From Rhizaria sp. SCN 62-66 (taxonomy: Eukaryota): DNA of 44,899 bases. Every line of letters starts with the position of its first letter. Position 1 is the stretch's first letter. The position numbers and the translations under genes were made by a program. Positions 1-10,865 of the stretch are shown piece after piece. Where the stretch lies: contig MEDY01000251.1 of NCBI GenBank assembly GCA_001724265.1, positions 1-44,899 on the forward strand, given 5' to 3'. The notes beneath the pieces were generated by a model that was not told the origin of the DNA, made no database searches, and saw only the letters and a list, made by a program, of their open reading frames with translations.

Positions 1-3000
1 GCCGCCGTGGCCGCCGAGGCCGCCGCCGCCGCGGCTGCGGCCGGTGCCGTGTCGCGCGCCCGAGGCGCCGGCGGCGAGCCCCGAGCGCGGCGGCTCGGCC
101 GTATGGTAGGCGCGCAGCGAGGCGACGAGGTCGGCCATCGCGCCAGCGCCAAGGCGCGAGTAGGGATGCGCGGCGGGGTCCATGGCGAAGGACAGCAGCT
201 TGGCCGCGTCGGCCGCAGTCGCCGCGGCCGTCTCGACGTGCTCGAGCGTGCCGGGCGCGGTGCCCTGCGCCGCCGCTGCGCGGTTACCCGTCTGCAGCGC
301 GCGCGAGGCGCCGGCGAGGCGCGTCGTGTCGTTGTCAAGCAGCTGCAGCGTCTCGTCATGCGTCACCGTGAAGTCGTGCGCGGCCTCGGGGCCAGCGGAG
401 GAGAGCTTCTCGACGATTGACGCCAGCAGGCCCTCGCGCCACTTAAGCGCCTCGTCCGTCTGCTTGTAGACGAGGATGTCGGCGTTGAGCTGCGCGACGG
501 TATTGTCGAGAGCGTGGCGCTTCTCCTCCAGGTCCTCCTGCATCTGCGCCAGCTTCTGCGTCACGACGCCGCCCGCCGTGTGCAGCATCAGCTTGTACTC
601 GGCGCGCGCCTCATGCCAGCACGCCTGCGCCGACTTGACGGAGCGCTGCGAGGCCGACAGACGCAGCTTGTAGTCGACCATGTAGGCCTTCTCCGCCTGC
701 AGCAGCGCGCGCTCCGACTCGAGCCACAGCCACAGTGAGTTCACCTCGCTCGGCAGCCCGCTGCTCGCGCTGCCGCCACCGCCGCCGCCGGTCTTGCGGC
801 CCGCGCCGGCGTTGAGGCCGCCGGGGCCGCAGTAGGGCGTGCTCTGGAGCGCGGGGAGCTCAGAGATGTCGTGCGACTCGGTCGCCTCAAACCGGCGCCC
901 GTCGGGCACGCGCAGACCGCCGTTGCCCGCGTTGTTGTTGTTGTCGGAGTACTTGCGGAGCGGGTCCATGGCGAGGGCGCGCGCGGTGGCGCTGTTGGCG
1001 ATGTTGCCGCCGCCGCTCCCGCCAGCAACGCGCATCGGGGAGCCCTCGCCCCACGGGGCGCCGCGGCCGGCACCGCCCGCGCCGGAAGTCGAGCCGCCCA
1101 CGCCGGAACTCAGGCCGCCGGTGCGGACGAACTCGCTCTCGCGCTGCAGCGCGGCGACCTCAGCGCGGAGCTTCTCGCACTCGCGCTCCGAGGCGTAGGC
1201 CTTGGCGGACAGCGACATGTACATCTCGGTCATCGCCGAGAGCTTGTTCTCGGCGACGGCCAGCGCGGCGACGGCTGAGCCGCCGTGGCCCGCGAGCGCG
1301 GAGCTGGCCGACGCGGCGCCCAGGTTCGTCCCCGCGGCGGCCGCGGCCGTCGCCACAGCGGCCTCGACCTCGCGCTGCGCCGCCGCGCGCACGGCCGCGA
1401 CCTCGGCGCGCGCAGCGGCGGCGTCGGCGCGGGCGCCCGCAGCGGCGGCCTCGGCGGCCTCGAGCTTGGTCGTCGCCTCGCTCAGCGCCGCGGCACTGGC
1501 GTTGTTCGCACTGGCGCTCGCATTGGCGGCGCTGGGCTGCTGGCCCTCAGCGACGGCGAGCACGGCGGCGCGCGCGGCCTCGAGCTGCGCCTTGAGCGCG
1601 CCGTTGGCGTCCTCCGCGGCGGCGGCCGCGCGCTGGGCGGCGGCGGCGCGGTCACCCTCGCCGCGCAGCCGCGCCTCGGCGCTCGCGGCCTCGGCGGCCG
1701 CGGCCGCGGCCTTGGCCTCCGCGGCAACCGCACGGGCCTCCGCGGCGCGCAGGTCGCCAGCGGCCGCGACGGACTTAGCGTCAGCGGCGGCGGCGGCGGC
1801 GAGCGCGCTGGCGGCCCGCTCGGCCTCGCCCTCGGCCTTGGCTTCGGCAATTTTAGCGGCGGCGCGTGCGTCGGCGGCAGCCAGCGCGGCGGCCTCGCGC
1901 TGCGCCATGAGCTCGGCCTCGCGCGCGCCCGCGCCCTCGCGCACCGCGGCGCGCAGCCCGTCGGCCTCTGCGCGCGCCGCCTTGGCGTCCCCGGCGGCCG
2001 CCTCTGCGTCGCGCAGCGCAGCCTCGAGCGCCTTGGCGGCGGCCGCAGCCTTCTCCTCGGCGCGCGCCGCGCGGGCCTCGGCCGCGGCGGCCTTGTCCTC
2101 CGCAGCGGACACCGCGGCGCGCGCGTCCTCGAGCTCGGACTCGACCGCGCCTAGGTCCGTCTTGGCCTCACTCAGCTCGCCCTTGACGCCCGCAAGCGCG
2201 GCCTTGGCCTCGGCCAGCTCCGCCTTGAGCGCCGCCAGCTCGGCCGCGTGCGCCGCGGCGGCCTCGCCAGCGCCGGCGCCGGCGCTGGTGCTGGCGGCGG
2301 CGAGCGCGGCGGCGACGGCCTTGGCGGTGGCGGCCTCGGCCTCGGCCTTCTCCTCGGCCATCTGCGCAGACAGCCCCTGCACCTCGGCGTCGTGCGCCGC
2401 CAGCATCGCGTCGAGCCGCCGCTGGTAGTCCTCGTGCACGTCCTTGGCGGCCTTGAGCCCGTCCACACCCGCCGCGGCCTCGCTGCGCTTCTTCTCCAGC
2501 GCCGCGACCTCGGCCTCGAGGGCCTGCTTGCGCGCGTCGGCGGCGTCCGCGGCGGCCTCGGCCTCGGCGGCGGCGGCGGCGCGCGTCTTGAGCTGCTGCT
2601 CCTTGTCCTTGAGGCGCTTCTCCTCGGCGGTGGTGAGGTCGTGCAGCTGGTGCACGCGCTCCTCAGCCGCCGCGTTGTCCGCCTTGATCTGCGCCACGCG
2701 CTCCTCGTGCGCGCGCTCGGCGCTCTCAGTGAACCGCGCCAGCTGCGCCGCGCGCGACGCCTCGGCCTCGGCGCGCGCGGCGGCGTCGGCGGCCGCGAGA
2801 GCGGCGCGCTCCTGCTCCCACTGCGCGAGCAGTTGCGCGCGCTCCACGGCGATGCGGTCGTGCTCCGCCTCGAGCGCGGCCTCCACCTCGGCGTCGGTCG
2901 CCGCGGTCTTAGGGTTTGTGGAGTGCTGGCCGGCGCGGACGCGTAAGGGGGTCGGGTCCGCGACTAAGGGGTCGGCGCGCGACAGCGCCAGCGGGGGCAC

Positions 3001-4138
3001 CTTGGAGTGCGCCGCGCTGGCCGCCGCGGCCGCGGCCTCCGCCTCAGCCTCAGCCTCAGCCTCAGCCTCGGCCTCAGCGTTGGCCTTCTCGTCAGCCTCG
3101 TCCTCGAAGTCGAAGCCGTACTCGTCGTCGTCGTTGTTGGCGGGACTCTTGACCTTGGGCTTCGCGGCCGCAGCGGCGTCGGCGGCCTTGTTGGCGTCGG
3201 CCTTGGGCTTGAACGCACTGTAGATGTCGTCGTCGGCGTCGGCGTCACCGGAGTTCAAGTCATTGTTGTCCTTGTCCTTGGACTCGCCGGTCAGCGTGTG
3301 GTGCTTGAACGGGTTGGGGACGTCCTCGTCGCCTTCAATGTTGAAGTCGTAGCTATCCTCGGGGTCCTCGTCATCATCAGCCTTCTTGTCGTTGTTGACG
3401 TTGTTGCTCGGCTTGTTATCGGGCTCGGTGTCGTGCTTGCCGATATCCTCAGCCTCAGCGGCCTCCTCGGCCTCCAGCCGGCGCTGCTCCGCGAGCTCGG
3501 CCTCCTCGTCGACGGGCTCGGCGTCGGTGCCGACCATGGCGAGCGTGCCCACGCCCCACTTGTTGTAGTCGACGCCGGGGCCGGAGACCTTGAGGCCCAT
3601 GTCCTGGCGGTGCATCGCCTTTTCCAGCACCTTCTTGAAGTACACGTCGCACGGGTGCTCCCACAGCGACTCGCCGGTCTCGAAGTTGAAGTAGTAGACC
3701 TCGTTCTTGTCGCTGCGGCACGGCTTCCACGCCTTGGGCAGCGGCGCGCACAGGCCCTCCTTGGCGATCCAGCGCGTCTCGGGGTACTGGGCCAGGTCCA
3801 CCTTGAAGTAGGTCGCGTAGTTGATAATCTCCTCCTCCGTGGGGACGTAGTTGGGGTCGAACTCTTCCTCCAGGACCACCGAGTCGCTCGTGCTCTGCGA
3901 CTGTGAGGGGTAGAGTGAAAAGATAACCATGGGGAAAGATTGTGAAGCAGGGAAGATGCGATGGAGGAAAAGTGAGATAAAGTGCGTGATAACGGAAGCG
4001 AAAGAGAGAATATGCAAAGAATAAGAAAGTACAAAGAAGGGTGTCCAAAAATATCCCGACAAAACCTGCTCAAATGATCGGATGTGCAGTGCGTACCTGG
4101 TCATAGCCATAATTGGCGCTCTCACGACTCTCGTTCAT
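1..4138 (-). CDS. CEP164: CEP164-like centriole distal-appendage protein (N-terminal WW domain plus long Ala/Glu coiled coil); 3' end lies outside the window
   Basis: Exon 1 is 4138-4097 (MNESRESANYGYDQ), the intron is 4096-3901 (GTACGC...CACAG), and exon 2 runs from 3900 to the window edge without a stop, which is why the ORF track omits it. Translation includes VLEEEFDPNYVPTEEEIINYATYFKVDLAQYPETRWIAKEGLCAPLPKAWKPCRSDKNEVYYFNFETGESLWEHPCDVYF, the characteristic CEP164 N-terminal/WW region. Confidence 0.8.
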
Positions 4139-4955
4139 CGTATAAGCGTTTCTCGACGGGAGCGAGCCTCAAGCGATGTGTCAGAAGGGGCACAAGTAGC
4201 TACGGAGTAACTATTGCAGTGTGTACACAGCACAGACGCGCAAAAGCTTGCTGGCTGCTGCGACGGGGGGACAGGGAACGGCGAGACTGGGACTGATGTC
4301 AAAGACTTGCTTGTTAGAACGGAGCTGCTGCTTTGCTGGCGGCAACGCTTGCTCTGAGACTCTCTGCAGCGGACAAACGCCGGACAAGAGAAGGAACGGG
4401 AAGCAAAACCACTTCGCTGTTGAAGCGAGTTGTGCTTGGTCTAGACGGGCAGGAAGGCGGGCGCGGCCAAAGAAGGAGTGGGGACGCAAGTGAGGGGCGA
4501 GGTGAGAGGCGAAACGAACGTTCAAATTTGCGTATGTCCAAGCTCAAAAAAGAAGAAACTGAGCAAATACAAGAAATATATATATTACTTTATGTTTAAG
4601 CACCAAACCATAATACAAACAACAGCGGATTTGACGCGTAATTGATGTTTCAAAATTGGCCACCAAACCGTTGCCGATGAGCACCCACAGCCGTTGGAAA
4701 ACTAAGAAACGAGTGTTGCATGGAACAACACTGAAGTTTGCATCAAAACGGTATCTCCTTGCCACAAATTGTCTCTGCCTTTGAAACATCCAACGGACTA
4801 AGATATAAATCTTCATACTTTATTGTGAAAAACTATTTGCGCGATCACAGCGCGACATATACAACTGCAAACTGACTTTAAATATCTGGTGTTACGCTGT
4901 CACAACCCTCTGCTGCGGCCTCCTAGCAGCCGTAAGCAGTCCAGCTTTCGCCTTC

Positions 4956-5516
4956 TTAGAGCCCGTTGGTCCAGTGCGGCGTGTAGCGCGGGCGACTCCT
5001 GAGCGCCTGCTGCTGGAGCTTAACGAGCCCGTAAGCCGCGGCGCCCAGGACGGCGGCGCCGGCGGCGAGCCAAGGGGCCCACGACTTGACCTTGGTGGCG
5101 AAAGGGACCTGCCACGCGTTGCGCGGAGTGATCTCCTCGCCGCCGATCGCGCGGATCTGCGCACGCTGCTCGCACTCGATGCGGTGCGACGCCCAGTGAG
5201 CCATCTGACAGCTCTCCTGCGCGGACGCAAGTGTGGCAACAAAACAAAAACGACGTGATCAAGAAGGGATTGATGAGGGAATAGATCAACTGATTTCGCA
5301 TGCACAGTCATATGAAGTATGAATTGTCATCAAATTGTTCTTTTAGTTGGCAAAAGTTGTTACACATAAAGCTTTCAGTGAGATGTCGACGATCTTGTTG
5401 GCTTTGAGAAATGTGAAGTGAAAACGTACGCTGCAGTAGCGAGTCGAAACGCAGTGGCCGCAGGCACGAAGATCGCCACCAGCGAGGCCGCAGTTGCTGC
5501 ACGTGTCGGTGCTCAT
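4956..5516 (-). CDS. Small (~115 aa) MYND zinc-finger protein with a C-terminal hydrophobic segment
   Basis: Exon 1 is 5516-5430 (MSTDTCSNCGLAGGDLRACGHCVSTRYCS), the intron is 5429-5217 (GTACGT...GCAG), and exon 2 is 5216-4956 (ESCQMAHWASHRIEC...WLAAGAAVLGAAAYGLVKL...TAA). Splicing restores the full MYND pattern CxxC...CxxC...YCSxxCQxxHWxxHxxxC. Confidence 0.8.
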
Positions 5517-6240
5517 GCTTACAGAAGTCTTACACAACAAACTATTGCGCCTGAGCTTCTTGCTGTTGTGTTCTGTGTGCTTGTTTCGTTGCTAAGATCA
5601 TTTGGTAGTTTCGGAGTCGTAGCGGAAAAGAGTCATGTAGGCGTATAGAGAGTGAGCTTAAGAAAAAAAACAATGCGTTAGGGTTTTCAAAAAGGTGATA
5701 TATCACTTGAACCCCAAGACAGTCGAAAGCAATAGCTGTGAAGCTTTGGCCAAGGCAGGAAATAAGATGTTTCTTTGACTGAAAGACTTGTCCTATTTCG
5801 GTAACTGCGAACCTGTCGCAAAGTGGTCTAAAAAGCTTTTCTGGCAACATAATAACGGAGAAAGATACAAAACCTAATACAAAAATGCATATATCTGTAC
5901 CACAGCAATATGACGACTGATACCTGACTTTAATGCTATTCCTAATCGCAGCACACTGCGCCCCCACTCAACCACTTCTCGCATCACTACTCCGAAAAAA
6001 TCAAAAGCCAACACATACCCCAGCAAGATGATTCCTTAGACATGCAAAACAACAAGAAATCGAAATAAATATGTATAACTACTCATATTACAAAAACATT
6101 GATCTTCAAATAACTTACGTTTAACTAGAAACACCACGAAATAACAAATAACACAAATTCAATGTTGCTGCTTTGCACTCAACAACAATCAAGCTGCTAC
6201 AGAATCAGTCTGCCCCAAAACCCAAATAGCACAGCCAAGC

Positions 6241-7990
6241 TTACGCGGTCTTGCTGTTCTTCTTGGCCTCGGTCTCCTTGCGCAGGAGGTTGGCGAAGCG
6301 GCGCACGGCCTCGTCCATCTCCTCGTCCGAGGCCACGGAGAAGCATGCACGCACATACAGCTCGTCTGGGTGCGCCTTGGCTTGCGCTGCCGGGTCCACC
6401 AGGAAGGCCTCGCCGGGCAGCAGCAGCACCTTCTCCTTGACGGCCTTGTCCTCGATGAGCGTCTTAGCGTCGCTGCCGAGCCCGCGCACCTTGACCCAGA
6501 CGAACATGCCCGCGTCGGGCGTGTCGTACTCGACGTCGAGCCCCGCGAAGTGCTTGGCCATCACGGCCAGCAGCGTGTCGCGCTTGCGGTGGTAGAAGAG
6601 CTTGGTCTGCTTGACGTGCTTACGCCAGCCCGCCTCGCCCCACTGCTGCAGCAGCCGCGCCGCCATGACCTGCGGCACGCCGGAGGGGTGAATCGAAAGC
6701 GCCTGCGTCGAGAGGTTAAACTGCTCGACCCAGGCGCGGGGGCCCGAGATAAAGCCCAGCCGCATGCCCGAAGAGAGGATCTTGGAGAAGGAGTCGAAGC
6801 GCAGCACGCGCCCGTCCGTGTCGAGCGACAGGTACGACGTCGACGTGGGAGGGTTGTACGCCGCCAGCACCTCCGCCTCGGCCGCCTCGGCCGTGGCACC
6901 CGCGGTCGCCATGGCGGGCGCGGGCGCGGGGACGCGGCCGAAGTGCAGGTTCCAGTAGGGGTCGTCCTCGAGGATAACGAGGTTGTGCTGCTGCGCGAGC
7001 GCGTAGATCTCCTTCTTGCGCTCCACAGTCGTCGACACGCCCGCCGGGTTCTGGCCCGTCACGATCGAGTACAGCACGCGGGGGCGCGCGGGGCCCGAGG
7101 CCGGTAGCGAGGCCAGCACCGCCGCCAGCGACGAGGGCACCAGGCCGTCCTGGCAGAGAGGGATCACAAAAGAGTTACATTTGCGGGTGTACACACATAT
7201 CGCTTATGTGAGTATTCGTAGGAAATATACCATTTGATTTAATAACAAACCATATAAGCAAGTCAAAATTTAATAATAATAATCATAATCATAATCATAG
7301 TAATAGTGAAAGAGCAAACTAATAGAGCGTGATTAGATTTGTAGTTCGTACCTGGTCGACGTCAACGCCGACGAGATTGGCGCCGAGGGGCCGGAGGATG
7401 GACAGCGCGCCCGAGTACGTGGGGTTCTCCACCAGAACGTTGTCTCCGGGATTGATAAGCATGCCGAAGGCCTTGGCGAGCGCGTCCTGCGAGCCGGTGG
7501 AAACGGAGATGCTCATCTCGGCGGCGTCGTAGCCGGGCGAGTGGTCGCGCAGCTGCAGCGTGCGCAGCTCGTCCAGCAGCGCGGGCACGCCCGGCGTCGC
7601 AGAGTACTGCAGCGCCTCGGACAGCTCGGCCGAGGTGAGCTTGATCGTCTCGCCCGAAGTCAGCGTGAAGGAGAGGTCTGTGATGGGGAAACAGGAGGGG
7701 TTCGGGACCCCCGTGCCGAGGCTCAGCATGCCTGGGATGCGCATCATCGGGATCAGCGTGCGCGTCGGAGACGGCTTGCGCTGCAGTGCCACCGCGGACA
7801 GGAAGTCCTTGACGTCCACAGAAGGCTTGGGTTTGGCCGCAGCGGCAGAGGAAGCAGCAGTGGTCGACATCAGGGAAGCGAGGCGGAGATTCGAAGAGCT
7901 GGTGGCAAACGAGCCGATCTTAGAGGCAGCGCTAACGGTAGAGGAAACGCGGGAGAAGAGAGCCGATTTGTTGAAACGACCCAAAAGCAT
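6241..7990 (-). CDS. AADAT: PLP-dependent class I aminotransferase (kynurenine/alpha-aminoadipate aminotransferase, Aro8-like), ~515 aa, probable mitochondrial presequence
   Basis: Exon 1 is 7990-7352, the intron is 7351-7150 (GTACGA...GCCAG), and exon 2 is 7149-6241 ending in TAA. Motifs: SLGTGVPNP, ALQYS, TGSQDAL, GQNPAG, ILEDDPY, the PLP-lysine motif DSFSKILSSGMRLGF, and AGMFVW. The N-terminus is Arg/Ser-rich and acid-free. Confidence 0.9.
7271..7306. repeat. Intronic (AAT)n/(AATCAT)n microsatellite
   Basis: taataataataatcataatcataatcatagtaatag lies within the aminotransferase intron. Confidence 0.6.
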
Positions 7991-8354
7991 AGGAACAAGT
8001 CCAGGGTAACCAACAAAAGATTGCTGGCGGACTGCGTTTGACCGAACTCAAACCTAAAATCTTCCCCCACCAAACGTCATCTTTGCATCGCAGCACTCGT
8101 CCGGTTCGCAAAAAAACTCGAGCTGTGGTGTTTGTGCTCAAGAATCAGGCTCTTGTGCGACACGGGAATCAGCTCGTGTGCGGTGAATTATCTGTTGAAT
8201 AGCAATGTAACGACTCAACGTGAAATTTTGATACTTTTCTCACTTTTATTTCTTTTTACACTCTCTCAATCGCCCGTCGCCCTCGGCTGCACCTGGTATC
8301 TTTCCCATTTCCTCCCACATCTTTCCCCTTGGCGTTCGCAGCCTCTCGAAGACC

Positions 8355-10225
8355 ATGAACGTCGTCGTCGGCGACAACACAGGCCTGCTCAAGGTCGTCA
8401 GCCTTAAAACGGACGGCCCGATCAAGCGCTTTGGCTCGCAGGACGCGGCGCGCGGCGCGATTGACGCGATGAACTGGGCCGGGCTGCAGAACCCTGAAGC
8501 TGAGGTCGCGATCGGCCTCCGCTGCGGCAAGATCGAAGTGTGGAACACGCTGTTGGGCGAGCTGTCGGCCGAGATCCCCGCCGTGCAGTTCAGCAAGGAC
8601 ATGCACGAGGACAAGTTCGTCGGGCTGGAGGTCCTGCGCAACGAGAGCGCGCGCGTGCTGGACCCGCTCGGCGGCCCCGAGGCCAGCCGCGTCATTGTCT
8701 CGGCCACCAAGGCCGGCGTCGCGCGCGTCGTGCCCTGGTACGACGCCGAGCAGGCCGCGCAGATCAAGGCCGCGCTTGCGGCCGCCAAGAAGGCCTCGAT
8801 TAAGCCCTCCGTCAAGGCCGCCAAGGCCCTCGCCGCCTCGGCGGCCGCCGCGCCGTCCAGCAACTCTGACGCTGGCTCCAGCGAGTACCAGTACGCGAGC
8901 GGCGTCGAGTGGTCGATCGGCGCCGAGATCTCCAAGATGCGCGTGTCGCGCTCGCTGGATGCCTTCGTCGCCGGCGGCCGCAACACGCTCATGTCGCTGT
9001 GGGACATCGAGACGCAGGAGAAGGTCTTCAAGGCGCGCTCGCTGCCCAACGACTGGCTCAACCTCGCCGTCGAGAACCACGACCTCGATTACGCCTTCAT
9101 GCCGGCCGCCGAGACCGGGAGCTGGGCCCCCGGCCGCTTCGGTGACGAGCAGACTCACGCGTACAAGGTCGTGTCCGTGACCGGCTACAAGCAGGTGCGC
9201 CTCTACGACCTCAAGGCCTCGCAGCGGCCCGTCATGGTACGTCAGCAGATATAAATGTTCATTGATGCTCTGATATTTAATAATTTCTTCTTTGTTTCAC
9301 TCAAATTTTATTATGTTGTGTTTCAAAACCACACTCTCACTCCTCGGCTCTTTCTTCACTTTACCTCGTCTCTTGTTTCTTCTCTCTCGTACAGGACGTG
9401 TTGCTGGAGAAGCACGCCGCGCACTCGGTGGCGTGCACGCGCGACGCCAACTACGTGATCGTGGGCGACGGTGTGGGCCGCATCCAGCTGCTGGACACGC
9501 GCTTCAACCTGCGCCCCGTGGGGATCCTCCGCGGTGCGCAGGGCTCGACGCGCTCGCTCTCAGTGCATCACACGCTGCCCATGGTCGCGTCCGTGGGGCT
9601 GGACCGCTACCTGCGCGTGCACGACCTGCAGACGCGCGAGACGCTCAAGGCCGTGTACCTCAAGCAGAAGCTTAACTGCTGTCTCTTCTCGGCGGTGGAG
9701 CCGGCCAAGAACCGCGCGCGGTCGACGCTCGCGGTCAAGGACAGCACGTTCGACCGCAACAAGGGCGACGAGGCCGGGCTGGACGCGCTCTCGGCCCTGG
9801 ACGCCGCCGCGGGCGCCAAGGCGCGCAAGGGCAAGAAGGCCGGCGCGGACGTTGACGCCGACGGCGACGTCGACGGCGAGAGCGTCTGGGCTGACCTCGA
9901 GAGGGCCAGCAAGGACCGCAAAAGCGCCAAGAACGCCCCCGCCGCCGCTGCCGCCGCCGCTAACGACGACAACGATGAGGCTGAGGCCGGGGACGATGAC
10001 GAGCTTGACTTCGACATGAACGCCCAGGAGGAGAGCGAGGATTACGACGAGGACTTCGAGCAGGAGCAGGAGCAGGAGTACGAGACCGAGACTGTGGCCG
10101 CGAGCAGCAAGAGCAAGGGCAAGGCCGGCGGCAGCAAGGCGGGCGCGAGTGCGGGCGCGGACAAGCAGGTGAAGCGCGGTGCCAATGGTGGCAAGACGGA
10201 GGCGACTAAGAAGTCGCGTCGTTGA
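8355..10225 (+). CDS. WDR74: WD40 ribosome biogenesis factor WDR74/Nsa1, ~570 aa, with an acidic/Lys-rich tail
   Basis: Exon 1 is 8355-9236, the intron is 9237-9394 (GTACGT...ACAG), and exon 2 is 9395-10225 ending in TGA. Motifs: VVGDNTGLLK, VAGGRN...LWD, FKARSLPNDWLNL, VTGYKQVRLYD...QRPV, GAQGSTRSL, VASVGLDRYLRVHD and VYLKQKLNCCL. Confidence 0.9.
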
Positions 10226-10865
10226 GCGCGCCGACGTACCATCACTTGTTTATATCGATATCTACTTTGCTCTATACTTTATACTATTGCCATGTTACTC
10301 GTGCTGTGACGTGCTGTGTTGTGCGCTGCAGCTCAATGGGGGCCGAACGTGCTGTGTGTAACGCGCAGGAGTGCTGCTGTACGCCAAATGAATGGCCACA
10401 GATATTCGTCAATACAACGCATCTATAGCTTAACAAACGTAGGTTAGATTGTCAAATGACATAGATAGCAGTGTGGAACTTGTATGCAGTGACAGAACTG
10501 CTTGTAGTGATCCACAAGAGCGAGAACGCGAGATCACCGGTGACTTGTGGTGGCCGCGCGTCGGAGGATTGATGTGGGTCCCAGTTTGCGGGCCTATCTT
10601 TGGCGTTAGTGTGTGGCCTTGTAGATCAATGTTAAAATGCAGCGTGATGATATTAGTTAGATAACATAGTTGTTTATCTGCCTCCTTATTTATCTTTTCA
10701 TTTGGAACTTCTTTGATGTGATATCGCGCATTCCGTTTCTCTTCTTTCCCCTCCTCGCACTCCGCCCTCCACACGTCCCTCTCTGCAGACTGCTTCTCTC
10801 CTATCTCTGAGTCCGCTCTTGTCTACAACCTCAGCCTGCTAAACACTTTCTTGCCTACAGTCGCG

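Noticed and set aside
2151-2154. ctag inside the CEP164-like gene as a possible fifth in-frame TAG
   Set aside because: In the coding frame it reads CTA (Leu), not TAG.
7-3906. Long plus-strand ORFs (e.g. 1202-2428, 3007-3906) and similar overlapping ORFs throughout the window
   Set aside because: These are antisense or off-frame shadows of GC-rich, stop-poor exons. The real gene here is the minus-strand CEP164-like frame.
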